Virus record (IMG/VR): IMGVR_UViG_3300005512_000004
DNA: 64,000 bases
Reading direction: 5' to 3' (one strand)
Origin: an uncultured virus (IMG/VR IMGVR_UViG_3300005512_000004)
Lineage: Duplodnaviria; Heunggongvirae; Uroviricota; Caudoviricetes
Shown here: positions 1 through 7,589 of the stretch, piece by piece
Numbering within the stretch: position 1 is the stretch's first letter
How the letters are laid out: the number at the start of each line of letters is the position of its first letter
Made by a program: the position numbers and the translations under genes
The notes under the pieces: model-generated
Told to the model about the DNA's origin: nothing
Seen by the model: the letters and a program-made list of their open reading frames with translations, nothing else
Database searches by the model: none

Positions 1-66
1 ATCATCGTAGTTTTTACCGTCGTTGCGGACGTCGTAGTTTTTAACGTCGTTGCGGACGTGGATCAT
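1..66 (-). CDS. 5' part of a small ORF running off the window (MIHVRNDVKNYDVRNDGKNYDD...)
   Basis: ATG at 66-64 overlaps the TGA of the 66..323 ORF (TGATG coupling). Open to the window edge. Confidence 0.4.
   Translation of the reverse strand, partial: MIHVRNDVKNYDVRNDGKNYDD
5..58. repeat. 27-bp tandem repeat, 2 copies, 1 mismatch
   Basis: tcgtagtttttaccgtcgttgcggacg (5-31) and tcgtagtttttaacgtcgttgcggacg (32-58). Gives a 9-aa repeat on the minus strand. Confidence 0.9.
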
Positions 67-323
67 CAGCCAGTGATGTCGCAGAACGCGCTGTACGCGT
101 CTGCGAGCGCGTGCAGCTGTGCTGCTATACACTGGAGGTGAGTAGTGCTCGCGCACTCCTCACCGAGCTGCTCCTCGACAGCGTCAAGGATGGCGTCGAG
201 CGTATGCTCACGGCCCTCGATGAACGCTACGGCGTTCACGCGGCCAGCTGCGCCAAGGCGATGCTCCTCCGAGAAGCGCGCCGCCAACTGGCGGGCGAAC
301 TTGGTCTTCAACTCTGTGCTCAT
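66..323 (-). CDS. hypothetical protein (85 aa), leftward cassette gene
   Basis: AGGAG RBS (AGGAGCTCGCTATG), with an upstream promoter motif and leader hairpin. Confidence 0.75.
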   Translation of the reverse strand: MSTELKTKFARQLAARFSEEHRLGAAGRVNAVAFIEGREHTLDAILDAVEEQLGEECASTTHLQCIAAQLHALADAYSAFCDITG

Positions 324-372
324 AGCGAGCTCCTATTCTGCGCGAATCGCGCGGTGTGTTCTAGGACTGCTT

Positions 373-402
373 ACTTATGACGTAATATGCGCGTTTTTTG
401 CG
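373..402 (-). promoter_or_regulatory. leftward promoter-like motif copy
   Basis: Minus strand CGCAAAAAAC-GCGCATATTA-CGTCATAAGT; same spacing as the other copies; near-identical to 5542-5571. Confidence 0.7.
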
Positions 403-489
403 CTCGCGTCGTGCTTTGTGAGACTCGATAGCGCAGACACATCAGTCCGTGGTAATGTGGTGGGTCAGTGACGTACGAGGAAATATGTA

Positions 490-1539
490 ATGCGAGACTA
501 CAAACGCGAGTACCAAAACTATCATGCGCAGCCCGAGCAGAAGCGTAATAGGGCAGCGCGTAACTTGTGGAATCGTCGCCTTAAGGGCAAGGTGCCTCCA
601 GGTAAGGAGATCGATCACCGACGCCCGCTAGGGAACGGAGGCAGCAACGATCGTAACAACATTCGTTTCCGGAGCATCTCCGCAAATCGCGCAGACAAGT
701 CCGCTGTAAAGACGGCAATGTGGTCTGCGTTTGAGGACGAGATGGCCAAGATCGCGGGGGAGATTGACGAGGACGCCTTCAAGCGTATGAGTCAGCAAGT
801 TCGAAGAGGCGATATTGTTAGTTACATGCAACACGGCGCCGACAAAGAGAACTTGAAAGATCTTGCGATGACGAGCCTCGTCTCCAAGCCGATCTCAAAA
901 GTAACAGGTTCCCCGTACTCACACACGGGTATCGTGTCCCAAGTCCTCCCAGATGGGCGGATCGAGGTCTTCGATAACTTCGAGGGCGCTGAAGGCCGAG
1001 GCGTACGTAGGTCATATCTCAACGACACGGCTACCTCTACGTCTTTCAATATCAAGCGTCCGCGCGTAGCTCCATACGTGGCAAGCGCCGCGGCGGATGC
1101 CGCAGAAGGCGCTATCGGAAACAGCGATTACAGCAAAGCTGATCTCCTCAGCATGGCTCCTCAAGAGCTTTCACGGAACGTCACAGGAAGTGATAGTAAG
1201 GTCTCGAGGGCTGCGCGTCGTGTAACGGGCCTAGGGTCGAAGATACGTGGCGCGGTCCAGAACTGTGATCCTGCAACGGGCGTATGTTCGTACCTACCCA
1301 TACACGCCTACGGAGAAGCTATGGGAGGTAAACAAAAAGCTACGACCACACTGCTCGGATCGGGGCTAAAATATGAGGGCCCGACCACCGCATCTCCCGC
1401 CATGTTACAAGCGAGCGACGCGATGGATAGTATCTTCGACTACTCGCCGAAGAACCGGAACACCTCCGCTGTCACTCAGGGAGTGAAACTCCTGCGCGAC
1501 GAAGGAGTCTCTCGATTAAAGAAACTCCTTCGTCGATAA
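490..1539 (+). CDS. HNH-type nuclease domain fused to permuted papain-like (YiiX/YebB-type NlpC/P60) hydrolase, K-x-A tagged
   Basis: N-term GKEIDHRRPLGNGGSNDRNNIR..SANR (HNH-like). Linker KTA-MWSAFEDEMA-KIA. Then RRGDIV...YSHTGIV...VCS (His before Cys, i.e. permuted order). Confidence 0.65.
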   Translation: MRDYKREYQNYHAQPEQKRNRAARNLWNRRLKGKVPPGKEIDHRRPLGNGGSNDRNNIRFRSISANRADKSAVKTAMWSAFEDEMAKIAGEIDEDAFKRMSQQVRRGDIVSYMQHGADKENLKDLAMTSLVSKPISKVTGSPYSHTGIVSQVLPDGRIEVFDNFEGAEGRGVRRSYLNDTATSTSFNIKRPRVAPYVASAAADAAEGAIGNSDYSKADLLSMAPQELSRNVTGSDSKVSRAARRVTGLGSKIRGAVQNCDPATGVCSYLPIHAYGEAMGGKQKATTTLLGSGLKYEGPTTASPAMLQASDAMDSIFDYSPKNRNTSAVTQGVKLLRDEGVSRLKKLLRR

Positions 1540-1642
1540 GAGCGGCGAGCGCGTCTAACGGAAGGTACTCCGCGACCACACGCAGCAACGGAAGTATGAT
1601 GGCGACGAGGCTATACACCCTGCCGATAAGTAGCAGTATCAT
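1472..1642 (-). CDS. small hydrophobic protein (56 aa)
   Basis: AGGAG RBS before ATG at 1642, directly after the stop of 1645..2301. Hydrophobic N-terminus MILLLIGRVYSLVAIILPLL. Confidence 0.55.
   Translation of the reverse strand: MILLLIGRVYSLVAIILPLLRVVAEYLPLDALAALIDEGVSLIERLLRRAGVSLPE
1497..1535. terminator. 16-bp-stem inverted repeat in the overlap of two convergent genes
   Basis: cgacgaaggagtctct-cgattaa-agaaactccttcgtcg (one mismatch). No clear U-tract. Confidence 0.45.
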
Positions 1643-1644
1643 GT

Positions 1645-2301
1645 TCACTCCTGCGAGAGCAGTTGTGGGATAGGCGAGCTCGCGCGCCATGGGTACGTCT
1701 CCGTGAAAATTTTCTCGGCCTCGCGTTTTGTAAGGCCTTCCAGCGTGAGGCACCCGAGGCCGAGCGCGAGGCACTCGACCACGATGGAGCCCTTCACCTC
1801 CTGTAGACTTCCGTAGGTGTCTGCTCGGCTGACCCACTTGGGGGGAAGATCGCTGACCTCCACGTGGATTTTTCCGGAGTCATCCCCTTCGGGAGGGCGC
1901 AGGCCCGCGCGGGTCACGAGGGATAGGGCGATGCGGAAGGCCTCTGCCTCTGGCGCGCGAAGGCAGCTGCCCGCAGCCAGGCAGAGTGCGGCGTACGCCT
2001 CCTGCTGACTGAACCGCCCAGCGTAGACGCCGTAGGCGGCACCCTTGATGATGGCCTTCGCCCACGTTGTGAGCGGGAGATCCGTGGCCGCCTCCAAGCC
2101 CACCGCGAAGCGGAAGCCGAGATCCGCCGCGCTCGCGTCCTTCGCGAACGCGACAAGCGACGCGACGGTCTCGATGTTCTGGTGGAGCTTGCGCAGCGAC
2201 ACGTCGGTCAAGGGGCGTGTGTGCTCGAGGAGCGCGCCGAGCCTAGGGTCGAGGTTGAGTGTGCTGATGCGCTCGTCGAGGTTGAATTTTTGCTTACGCA
2301 T
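1645..2301 (-). CDS. hypothetical protein (218 aa)
   Basis: AAAGG RBS, promoter motif at 2351-2380 and leader hairpin at 2317-2329. Confidence 0.8.
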   Translation of the reverse strand: MRKQKFNLDERISTLNLDPRLGALLEHTRPLTDVSLRKLHQNIETVASLVAFAKDASAADLGFRFAVGLEAATDLPLTTWAKAIIKGAAYGVYAGRFSQQEAYAALCLAAGSCLRAPEAEAFRIALSLVTRAGLRPPEGDDSGKIHVEVSDLPPKWVSRADTYGSLQEVKGSIVVECLALGLGCLTLEGLTKREAEKIFTETYPWRASSPIPQLLSQE

Positions 2302-2350
2302 ATTAGATACCTTTCACCGCAGGTCGCGGGGGTGTGAGTGGAAGGTACTG

Positions 2351-2380
2351 TATTATCACAAGCGCGCGCGCTATTTTGCG
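2351..2380 (-). promoter_or_regulatory. leftward promoter-like motif copy
   Basis: Minus strand CGCAAAATAG-CGCGCGCGCT-TGTGATAATA followed by CAGTAC. Confidence 0.75.
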
Positions 2381-2596
2381 CTATTCATCGTCCTCGTCGT
2401 CCTCGTCATCGTAACACTCTAGGAGCTCTTCGAGAGAGATACGGTGTACGATAATCTCCTTACCTGTTAAGATGTCGCCCATCGTCTCTACGTACTGTAC
2501 GAGGATGTCAAGCAGCCCACGGTACCATGCAACGATGGCAACAATGCATACCGCACTGCCGATAGTGGTTAAGAGGGAAACTAGGGTGACTAACAT
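2381..2596 (-). CDS. small membrane protein with acidic tail (71 aa)
   Basis: GGAGG RBS before ATG 2596. N-terminal TM segment; C-terminus YDDEDDEDDE. Confidence 0.6.
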   Translation of the reverse strand: MLVTLVSLLTTIGSAVCIVAIVAWYRGLLDILVQYVETMGDILTGKEIIVHRISLEELLECYDDEDDEDDE

Positions 2597-3104
2597 AGGG
2601 CCTCCAAACAAGCACGTCGTTTCTCGACTGAAGCACGCTACACTATTACACGAGCTCTCGCCATGTCCTAGAGGGAAAGTGGGGGCGGTGATCTACGACC
2701 CTGAGTCGTATGCTATCGTGTCCGACGGGTACAATGGGCCACCTCGTAAGGGCGGGCAACTTTGCGGAGGAGACTGTTGCACACGTGACGAGCAGAAGAT
2801 CGCGTCTGGTACACACGGCGAGATTGGGTGTCATCACGCGGAGATGAACGCGCTGCTTAACGCGTTACGTCTAGGCCACAGCACGTTAGGTAAGCACATG
2901 ATTATCACATGTGAGCCCTGCTTAATGTGTGCTAAGATGATCCACCACGCAGGCATTTCCTCCGTGTTGTACTACGCTAGAGGGTATGCTACGTTTGACG
3001 GTGTTCAGTATTTGCGAGAACACATAAACGAGGAGAATGTACGTGTTTTACAGAGTGTTGATGCAGAAGAAGGCAGAGGCGAATTACCACAGCAGGTACC
3101 TTAG
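2586..3104 (+). CDS. dCMP deaminase (ComEB/T4 cd-like)
   Basis: S.C.R.KVGAVI, GYNG.P, HAEMNAL and PCLMC zinc-deaminase motifs. Start uncertain (GTG 2586 chosen). Confidence 0.9.
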   Translation: MTNIGPPNKHVVSRLKHATLLHELSPCPRGKVGAVIYDPESYAIVSDGYNGPPRKGGQLCGGDCCTRDEQKIASGTHGEIGCHHAEMNALLNALRLGHSTLGKHMIITCEPCLMCAKMIHHAGISSVLYYARGYATFDGVQYLREHINEENVRVLQSVDAEEGRGELPQQVP

Positions 3105-3522
3105 TAAGCAGGAGCGTGAGCGCGCATTTGACCAAGCCAACGCACGTCGCGCGTCTCGTAGCTTAGGCGGTAGCGAATCGCGAAACTTTGGTGGCGTCGC
3201 GGGGGCGGTAATGGGCGGTCTTGGCGGGCTTGCTACAGGAGGCACAGGCGCAGCTGGCCTCGGAGGCGCACTTATCGGTGGAGGGCTTGGGTACGGTATT
3301 GGTTATTTAGGAGATAAGGCGCGCGACAACCGCACTTTAGAGGCGAAACGTATCGCGGAGATGTCGCCCGAGAGTCGTGCACGTTTACTTGATCATAAGA
3401 GAGCACGTCGCCTCGAAAGAGAGGACTATGATCGCCAGTTCGAAGAACGCTTTGATAGGGCCTATACACACGAGCAGCTTCGTCAAATCAGAAGAGCGCA
3501 GCAGGGAGGCTATCGTGCCTAA
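3037..3522 (+). CDS. glycine-zipper protein, putative virion-internal
   Basis: GGVAGAVMGGLGGLATGG..GGALIGGGLGYGIG. N-terminal leader ends in LMQKKA. Confidence 0.65.
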   Translation: MYVFYRVLMQKKAEANYHSRYLSKQERERAFDQANARRASRSLGGSESRNFGGVAGAVMGGLGGLATGGTGAAGLGGALIGGGLGYGIGYLGDKARDNRTLEAKRIAEMSPESRARLLDHKRARRLEREDYDRQFEERFDRAYTHEQLRQIRRAQQGGYRA

Positions 3523-4126
3523 AATCAACCCACGCCGAACAACGGCATTCGATAACCACCCGGCACTAAAAGGCGGGCAGTCGCGTTTACCGGACGCGCT
3601 GCAAGCTAAGATCATCGGAAGCAAGCTCAAGAAGACTGCGGCACGTGACGAGCGCCCACGTGGTCAGCGTAGGGTAAGTATCGCGATGAATCAACGCCCC
3701 GTACGAGGCGCTGTGGCGCGGAGTATCATCGGTGCAGGCCTTGGGGCGAGTCTCGCGAAGGCTCGCGGGTCTAAGCAAGTAGGCAAGCACGCGCTTGTCG
3801 GCGCAGTAGTTATGCCGGCAGCACGAGAGCTTGAGCGTCGTGCGCGTAATAGGTACTACGGACTAGACGGTTCTGAGAAACTAAGCTCATTCGCTAAGAT
3901 TGCAGGCGACCTAGAGGGCCGTATGGCACGCAGACAGCTCACTGAGATCTGCGAAATGGCACAAGAGCTCCTCATGTATATGGGCGATGAAGAAGACCTG
4001 CACGAGTGGGTACAGAATAAGCTGACTACGATTCATGATCGTTTAAGTAGCGTCCACTCTTACGTCTCGTACGAGAAAAAGAACCCGCCCGTTATGCAGC
4101 CGCAAATGCTCGGAGCCGGTATATGA
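3515..4126 (+). CDS. multi-module putative virion-internal protein (K-x-A tagged)
   Basis: GGAGG + GTG 3515. Modules separated by LKKTAA and SSFAKIAG. C-terminal EGRMA..QL..I...A.EL..EWVQ.K module recalled from T4-like marine phage hypothetical proteins. Confidence 0.65.
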   Translation: MPKINPRRTTAFDNHPALKGGQSRLPDALQAKIIGSKLKKTAARDERPRGQRRVSIAMNQRPVRGAVARSIIGAGLGASLAKARGSKQVGKHALVGAVVMPAARELERRARNRYYGLDGSEKLSSFAKIAGDLEGRMARRQLTEICEMAQELLMYMGDEEDLHEWVQNKLTTIHDRLSSVHSYVSYEKKNPPVMQPQMLGAGI

Positions 4127-4506
4127 GCATAGAGTATCGAGGTCATACGTTCCCGGGCTATAACCAGCCTATACGTAACACGAGCTCGAGCAAGCACAAA
4201 AAGATGGTACTCGCGAAGAAGGGTGACCAGGTGAAGCTTGTGCGCTTCGGGCATCGTGACTACGGACACAATATTAGCCCAGAGCGCAAGGCGAACTACC
4301 TCAAACGCAGCGCTGGTATCCGCGATAAGAACGGTAACCTAACGAAAGATGACAAGTTCAGCGCGAACTATTGGGCTCGTAAAAAGCTTTGGCCTGCAGG
4401 GAAGCCTACACTGGCGGAGAAGACGTCCATGCTGCACAGCGAGTCTAACCTGCGTCTCCTTCAGGAGAAGATAGCGCACGCGCGTGGCTCCTTCGGCTAT
4501 CGCTGA
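4123..4506 (+). CDS. basic viral protein, DUF5754-like
   Basis: GYNQP..KKMVLAKKGDQVKLVRFG...KFSANYWARKKLW pattern. C-terminal EKTS..LQEKIA tag. Confidence 0.6.
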   Translation: MSIEYRGHTFPGYNQPIRNTSSSKHKKMVLAKKGDQVKLVRFGHRDYGHNISPERKANYLKRSAGIRDKNGNLTKDDKFSANYWARKKLWPAGKPTLAEKTSMLHSESNLRLLQEKIAHARGSFGYR

Positions 4507-5080
4507 ACGTACGCGTACGACGCGTGAGCTTGGGTCCGACTGCACAGACGTACTCAAGCGTATCATCACGTGGACGCAGTCTCAGAACCTCTACTATCTC
4601 GTGAAGGGCCATGTAGAGGCGACGATCGGGGCGCTAGATGATGTGCGTGTCGTTGACGTACAGCTTGTCATGTGTGATGGGAGACAGCGACGCGGGTACA
4701 CGACCAATAACGTGCGTTCTGTGATCGTGAAGCTCTCTAATGAGGGCGTCATCACCGTAGGCGTCGAGGTGATGTATGTCACGAGCGAGGTAATACACTT
4801 GGCAGGACACAAGAAAGCTAAAGAAAAAGATGATGAGCCCTGGTATGTTTACGTTGTGCGTTGCGCTGATGCTAGCCTATATTGTGGTGTCTCTAAGAAC
4901 GTAGAGAACCGCGTCAAAGAGCATAACGGGAACTGCCGTGGCGCGAAATACACGCGCTCACGCAGGCCCGTAACGCTCGTAAAGCAGTGGCGCGCTAAAG
5001 ATAAGTCGGACGCCTTCAAAGCGGAGAAGCGCTTTAAGAAGCTCACAAAGGCACGTAAAGAAGAGATCTGCTCGTCTTAA
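4484..5080 (+). CDS. GIY-YIG nuclease (UPF0213/YhbQ-like) with N-terminal extension
   Basis: WYVYVVRCADASLYCGVSKNVENRVKEHN..GAKYTRSRRPV. Start uncertain. Confidence 0.8.
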   Translation: MAPSAIAERTRTTRELGSDCTDVLKRIITWTQSQNLYYLVKGHVEATIGALDDVRVVDVQLVMCDGRQRRGYTTNNVRSVIVKLSNEGVITVGVEVMYVTSEVIHLAGHKKAKEKDDEPWYVYVVRCADASLYCGVSKNVENRVKEHNGNCRGAKYTRSRRPVTLVKQWRAKDKSDAFKAEKRFKKLTKARKEEICSS

Positions 5081-5118
5081 CTATCATCGAGCCGATGGTG
5101 CCCAATCACCGACTCTAT

Positions 5119-5140
5119 GCGCCCCTTGCCCAAGGGGGCG
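5119..5140. terminator. GC-rich hairpin between convergent genes
   Basis: gcgccccttg-c-caagggggcgc followed by ttaactctt. Confidence 0.55.
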
Positions 5141-5148
5141 CTTAACTC

Positions 5149-5463
5149 TTAGCCTTGCGCGCGGAGCTCTGCGAGCTCACGCTCCAGCTCTTGGATGCGG
5201 CGCTCCTTCTTCACCTCCTCGAGCTTGGCGAGGGTGGCCTTGCTGTAGGGCGCGGGATCCGCGCTACGGGGAGCGAAGAAGACGTAGCCGTCTTTGCCCT
5301 GATGGCGGAAGGAGAACCCCGCGTGAACAATGTGCTCGATCTCGTCAGCATGATTGCTGACGAACAAGTTGACGTCGATGGTCATGGGCGCCGAGTCCTT
5401 GTACTGAACGAAGGCCACGAGCTTCCCTTGGGCGGCTTTGATGATGTTGCTGTCAATGCTCAT
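5149..5463 (-). CDS. hypothetical protein (104 aa) with C-terminal coiled coil
   Basis: AGGAGCTCGCTATG start context identical to that of 66..323. Confidence 0.75.
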   Translation of the reverse strand: MSIDSNIIKAAQGKLVAFVQYKDSAPMTIDVNLFVSNHADEIEHIVHAGFSFRHQGKDGYVFFAPRSADPAPYSKATLAKLEEVKKERRIQELERELAELRAQG

Positions 5464-5541
5464 AGCGAGCTCCTTTGTCTGCGCGGTTCGCGCTGTGAAG
5501 TAGTCCGTATGCGAGGTAGTACGCACTGTCTTGGACTACTT

Positions 5542-5571
5542 ACTTATGACGTAATATGGGCGTTTTTTGCG
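5542..5571 (-). promoter_or_regulatory. leftward promoter-like motif copy
   Basis: CGCAAAAAAC-GCCCATATTA-CGTCATAAGT; 29/30 identical to 373-402. Confidence 0.7.
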
Positions 5572-5603
5572 CTTACGTAGCAGTACGCGTACTATCATCG
5601 AAA

Positions 5604-5677
5604 TGGGCCCGTTGGGGATTGAACCCAAGACCACCCGTTTATGAGACGGGGGCTCTAACCAACTGAGCTACAGGCCC
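5604..5677 (-). tRNA. tRNA with CAT anticodon, most likely tRNA-Ile2 (lysidine type); CCA not encoded
   Basis: GGGCCTG/CGGGCCC acceptor stem, AGCTCAGTTGGTTAGAGC D-arm, CCCGT-CTCATAA-ACGGG anticodon arm, GGTTCAATCC T-loop. A73 and C4:G69/C5:G68 pairs are typical of TilS substrates. Confidence 0.9.
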
Positions 5678-5722
5678 ATATCCGTCAAGGAAGGTCTGTC
5701 TCACGACAGTCCATACACTTAC

Positions 5723-6100
5723 TTACGCGGTAAAGCGCGCGGCGCGCTCGGCGCGCTCCTGCTCACGCTCAGCGCGCTCCGCGGCACGCGCGGCACGATC
5801 CTGCTCACGCTCAGCGCGCTCCTGATCACGCTCGGCGCGCTCAGCCTTGCGCTCCTCACGATCCGCCTTGCGCTCCTCACGCTCCAAGCCGTGGTCCTCG
5901 ATTTGCGACTCGAGCTCCATGATGCGGAGCTTTCGCTCGAGGGGGGCGATGAGCATGCGCTCGGTCTCCTGCTCACGCATCTCTGCGCGCAGCGCCTTGA
6001 GGGCATCATGAAGGAGGCCAAGGGCCTCCACGACACATGGCGTTGCTGCGGCCACAAAAGCGTTGCGCATCGCTACGCGGGGGTCGGTGTAGTTGTCCAT
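5723..6100 (-). CDS. coiled-coil protein with heptad E/R/A repeats
   Basis: AAAGGAG RBS. ERAERDQ/ERAEREQ/DRAARAA repeats from ~21-bp DNA repeats. Confidence 0.75.
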   Translation of the reverse strand: MDNYTDPRVAMRNAFVAAATPCVVEALGLLHDALKALRAEMREQETERMLIAPLERKLRIMELESQIEDHGLEREERKADREERKAERAERDQERAEREQDRAARAAERAEREQERAERAARFTA

Positions 6101-6150
6101 AGGGACTCCTTTATTGGTGTGCACAAATCGTGCGTTGTTTGTGGGTACCG

Positions 6151-6180
6151 TATTATCACAGCAATACGCTGTTTTTTGCG
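6151..6180 (-). promoter_or_regulatory. leftward promoter-like motif copy
   Basis: CGCAAAAAAC-AGCGTATTGC-TGTGATAATA then CGGTAC. Confidence 0.75.
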
Positions 6181-6183
6181 TTT

Positions 6184-6723
6184 TCAGAAGCCGAAGTTAG
6201 CCCCCGATGTAGCCTTCTTACGTTGCTCTTCCTCGAGGAAGTCGCAATCGATGCGAATGTCGATGTCGGGGGTATCATCGCTCGCCTTTAGTTGGAGCGT
6301 CGCGATGGAGGGCTGTGCCCAGATGACCGCTGCGTCGGTGTCATTCTGGTCGACACGGTCGTGCGTGCCGTATTTTTCCGTGAGCTTCTTGACAATTACC
6401 TTCAAGAAGTCGCCGCCTCCGCCGAACTGACGTACGAACTTCGAGTCGTACGTGTAGAGGATGCGTGTGACGCGACCGCCGGTTGTCAGGACCAGCATCT
6501 TTTTTATGTTCGCGACGGGCTTCCGAAATGTTGTTAAAAGAACACCATCACGCTCGATGACGTGGCCGTGCTTGCCAAGGGCGCGTTTAGCACTCTTCAG
6601 TGAGTCACCGAACTTGACGATATCGGTGAGTCGCTTGAACTTACTGCCTTTGCAGGAACTGTCCTGCGCGTGTGCTGTAAAGGCTGTGAGGGAGATGAGG
6701 GCTGTCAGAAGAAGTCGTTTCAT
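6184..6723 (-). CDS. secreted/periplasmic protein
   Basis: AAAGGA RBS; Sec signal MKRLLLTALISLTAFTAHA-QD. Confidence 0.8.
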   Translation of the reverse strand: MKRLLLTALISLTAFTAHAQDSSCKGSKFKRLTDIVKFGDSLKSAKRALGKHGHVIERDGVLLTTFRKPVANIKKMLVLTTGGRVTRILYTYDSKFVRQFGGGGDFLKVIVKKLTEKYGTHDRVDQNDTDAAVIWAQPSIATLQLKASDDTPDIDIRIDCDFLEEEQRKKATSGANFGF

Positions 6724-6791
6724 ACGATTCCTTTGTGCGTGTGTGTGCATGTGCACGGTTAAATGCCACAACTCGTGGCGCTTGGGTACAT

Positions 6792-6821
6792 TATTATCGC
6801 GGAATTGCTCCGCGTTTTGAG
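6792..6821 (-). promoter_or_regulatory. leftward promoter-like motif copy
   Basis: CTCAAAACGC-GGAGCAATTC-CGCGATAATA then ATGTAC. Confidence 0.7.
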
Positions 6822-6826
6822 ACGTC

Positions 6827-7192
6827 TCAGTAGTAGAGCGCCCAGCGCGTGTCGCTCTCTGGCGTACACGTCGCGATTTGCGCAAACCGCGCTCTTGTCT
6901 CCTGCGGGATACCTTGCTCCCGCATGGCTTGTAGTGTAAAGGCGAGCTGCTCCGCAGAGCTGAGCCCCTCCTCTATGTTTGGACGTCGAAACCCAAGAGC
7001 GTCAAGCTCTTGAGTAATGGATTCGCGCATGCGAGAGTCCATACCTCGAGGATCAACTCGACCCTCGCGGACTCTCCCGACAAACTGGTTCTCCACGTCC
7101 TGTGGAGAGGGCAACCACTGTGTGACACGATGGTCGCCGTCAAAGCCCGCATAGCGGACTTTGTTATATAGGTCGGATCTCTTTACCTGCAT
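6827..7192 (-). CDS. hypothetical protein (121 aa)
   Basis: AGGAGG RBS; promoter motif upstream. Confidence 0.75.
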   Translation of the reverse strand: MQVKRSDLYNKVRYAGFDGDHRVTQWLPSPQDVENQFVGRVREGRVDPRGMDSRMRESITQELDALGFRRPNIEEGLSSAEQLAFTLQAMREQGIPQETRARFAQIATCTPESDTRWALYY

Positions 7193-7224
7193 AGTACCTC
7201 CTTGTGTACGTGTGAAAGGTACTT

Positions 7225-7254
7225 CGTTATCACAAGATTAGCGCATTATTTACC
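7225..7254 (-). promoter_or_regulatory. leftward promoter-like motif copy
   Basis: GGTAAATAAT-GCGCTAATCT-TGTGATAACG then AAGTAC. Confidence 0.7.
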
Positions 7255-7452
7255 GAGCAGTCCGGTGAGTCCCCTCTCGCCATCACTGAGCAGCATCTCG
7301 AGCTCGATAATCTCTTCGGTGAGGATGCGGATAAGGTCTGTGTTACCACCGTTCGCCTCAGACGCGGTAGACTTCGCGCGAGCGCGCTCGATCACGAGAC
7401 GCTTATAGACCTCGCTTAACATTTTGCGCTCCATCGCGTTCATACGTGGCAT
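7246..7452 (-). CDS. hypothetical protein (68 aa)
   Basis: AGGAG RBS; amphipathic helical sequence. Confidence 0.65.
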   Translation of the reverse strand: MPRMNAMERKMLSEVYKRLVIERARAKSTASEANGGNTDLIRILTEEIIELEMLLSDGERGLTGLLGK

Positions 7453-7480
7453 GGGTACTCCTAACTATCATCGGGTAAAT

Positions 7481-7589
7481 GAGCTAAACATAGCCTACTT
7501 GGACTTGCAAGGTCCATCCATCCTCCGAACCTCGGCTCGTTTGACGTTCCCTTGCGGGGCGTCAATCTATTATACCAAAGTTCGGAGGA
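7481..7589 (-). ncRNA. candidate structured RNA / leader
   Basis: Minus-strand hairpin TTGACGCCCC-GCAA-GGGAACGTCAA, second hairpin TGGAC..GTCCA, and a 10-bp inverted repeat at 7521-7530/7580-7589. Confidence 0.35.

Noticed and set aside
5..58. Possible CRISPR array
   Set aside because: The two 27-bp units are directly adjacent with no spacer; this is a tandem, probably coding, repeat.
4484..5080. GIY-YIG as mobile homing endonuclease
   Set aside because: Matches the short UPF0213/YhbQ-type pattern at the C-terminus with no NUMOD DNA-binding tail and does not interrupt a gene.
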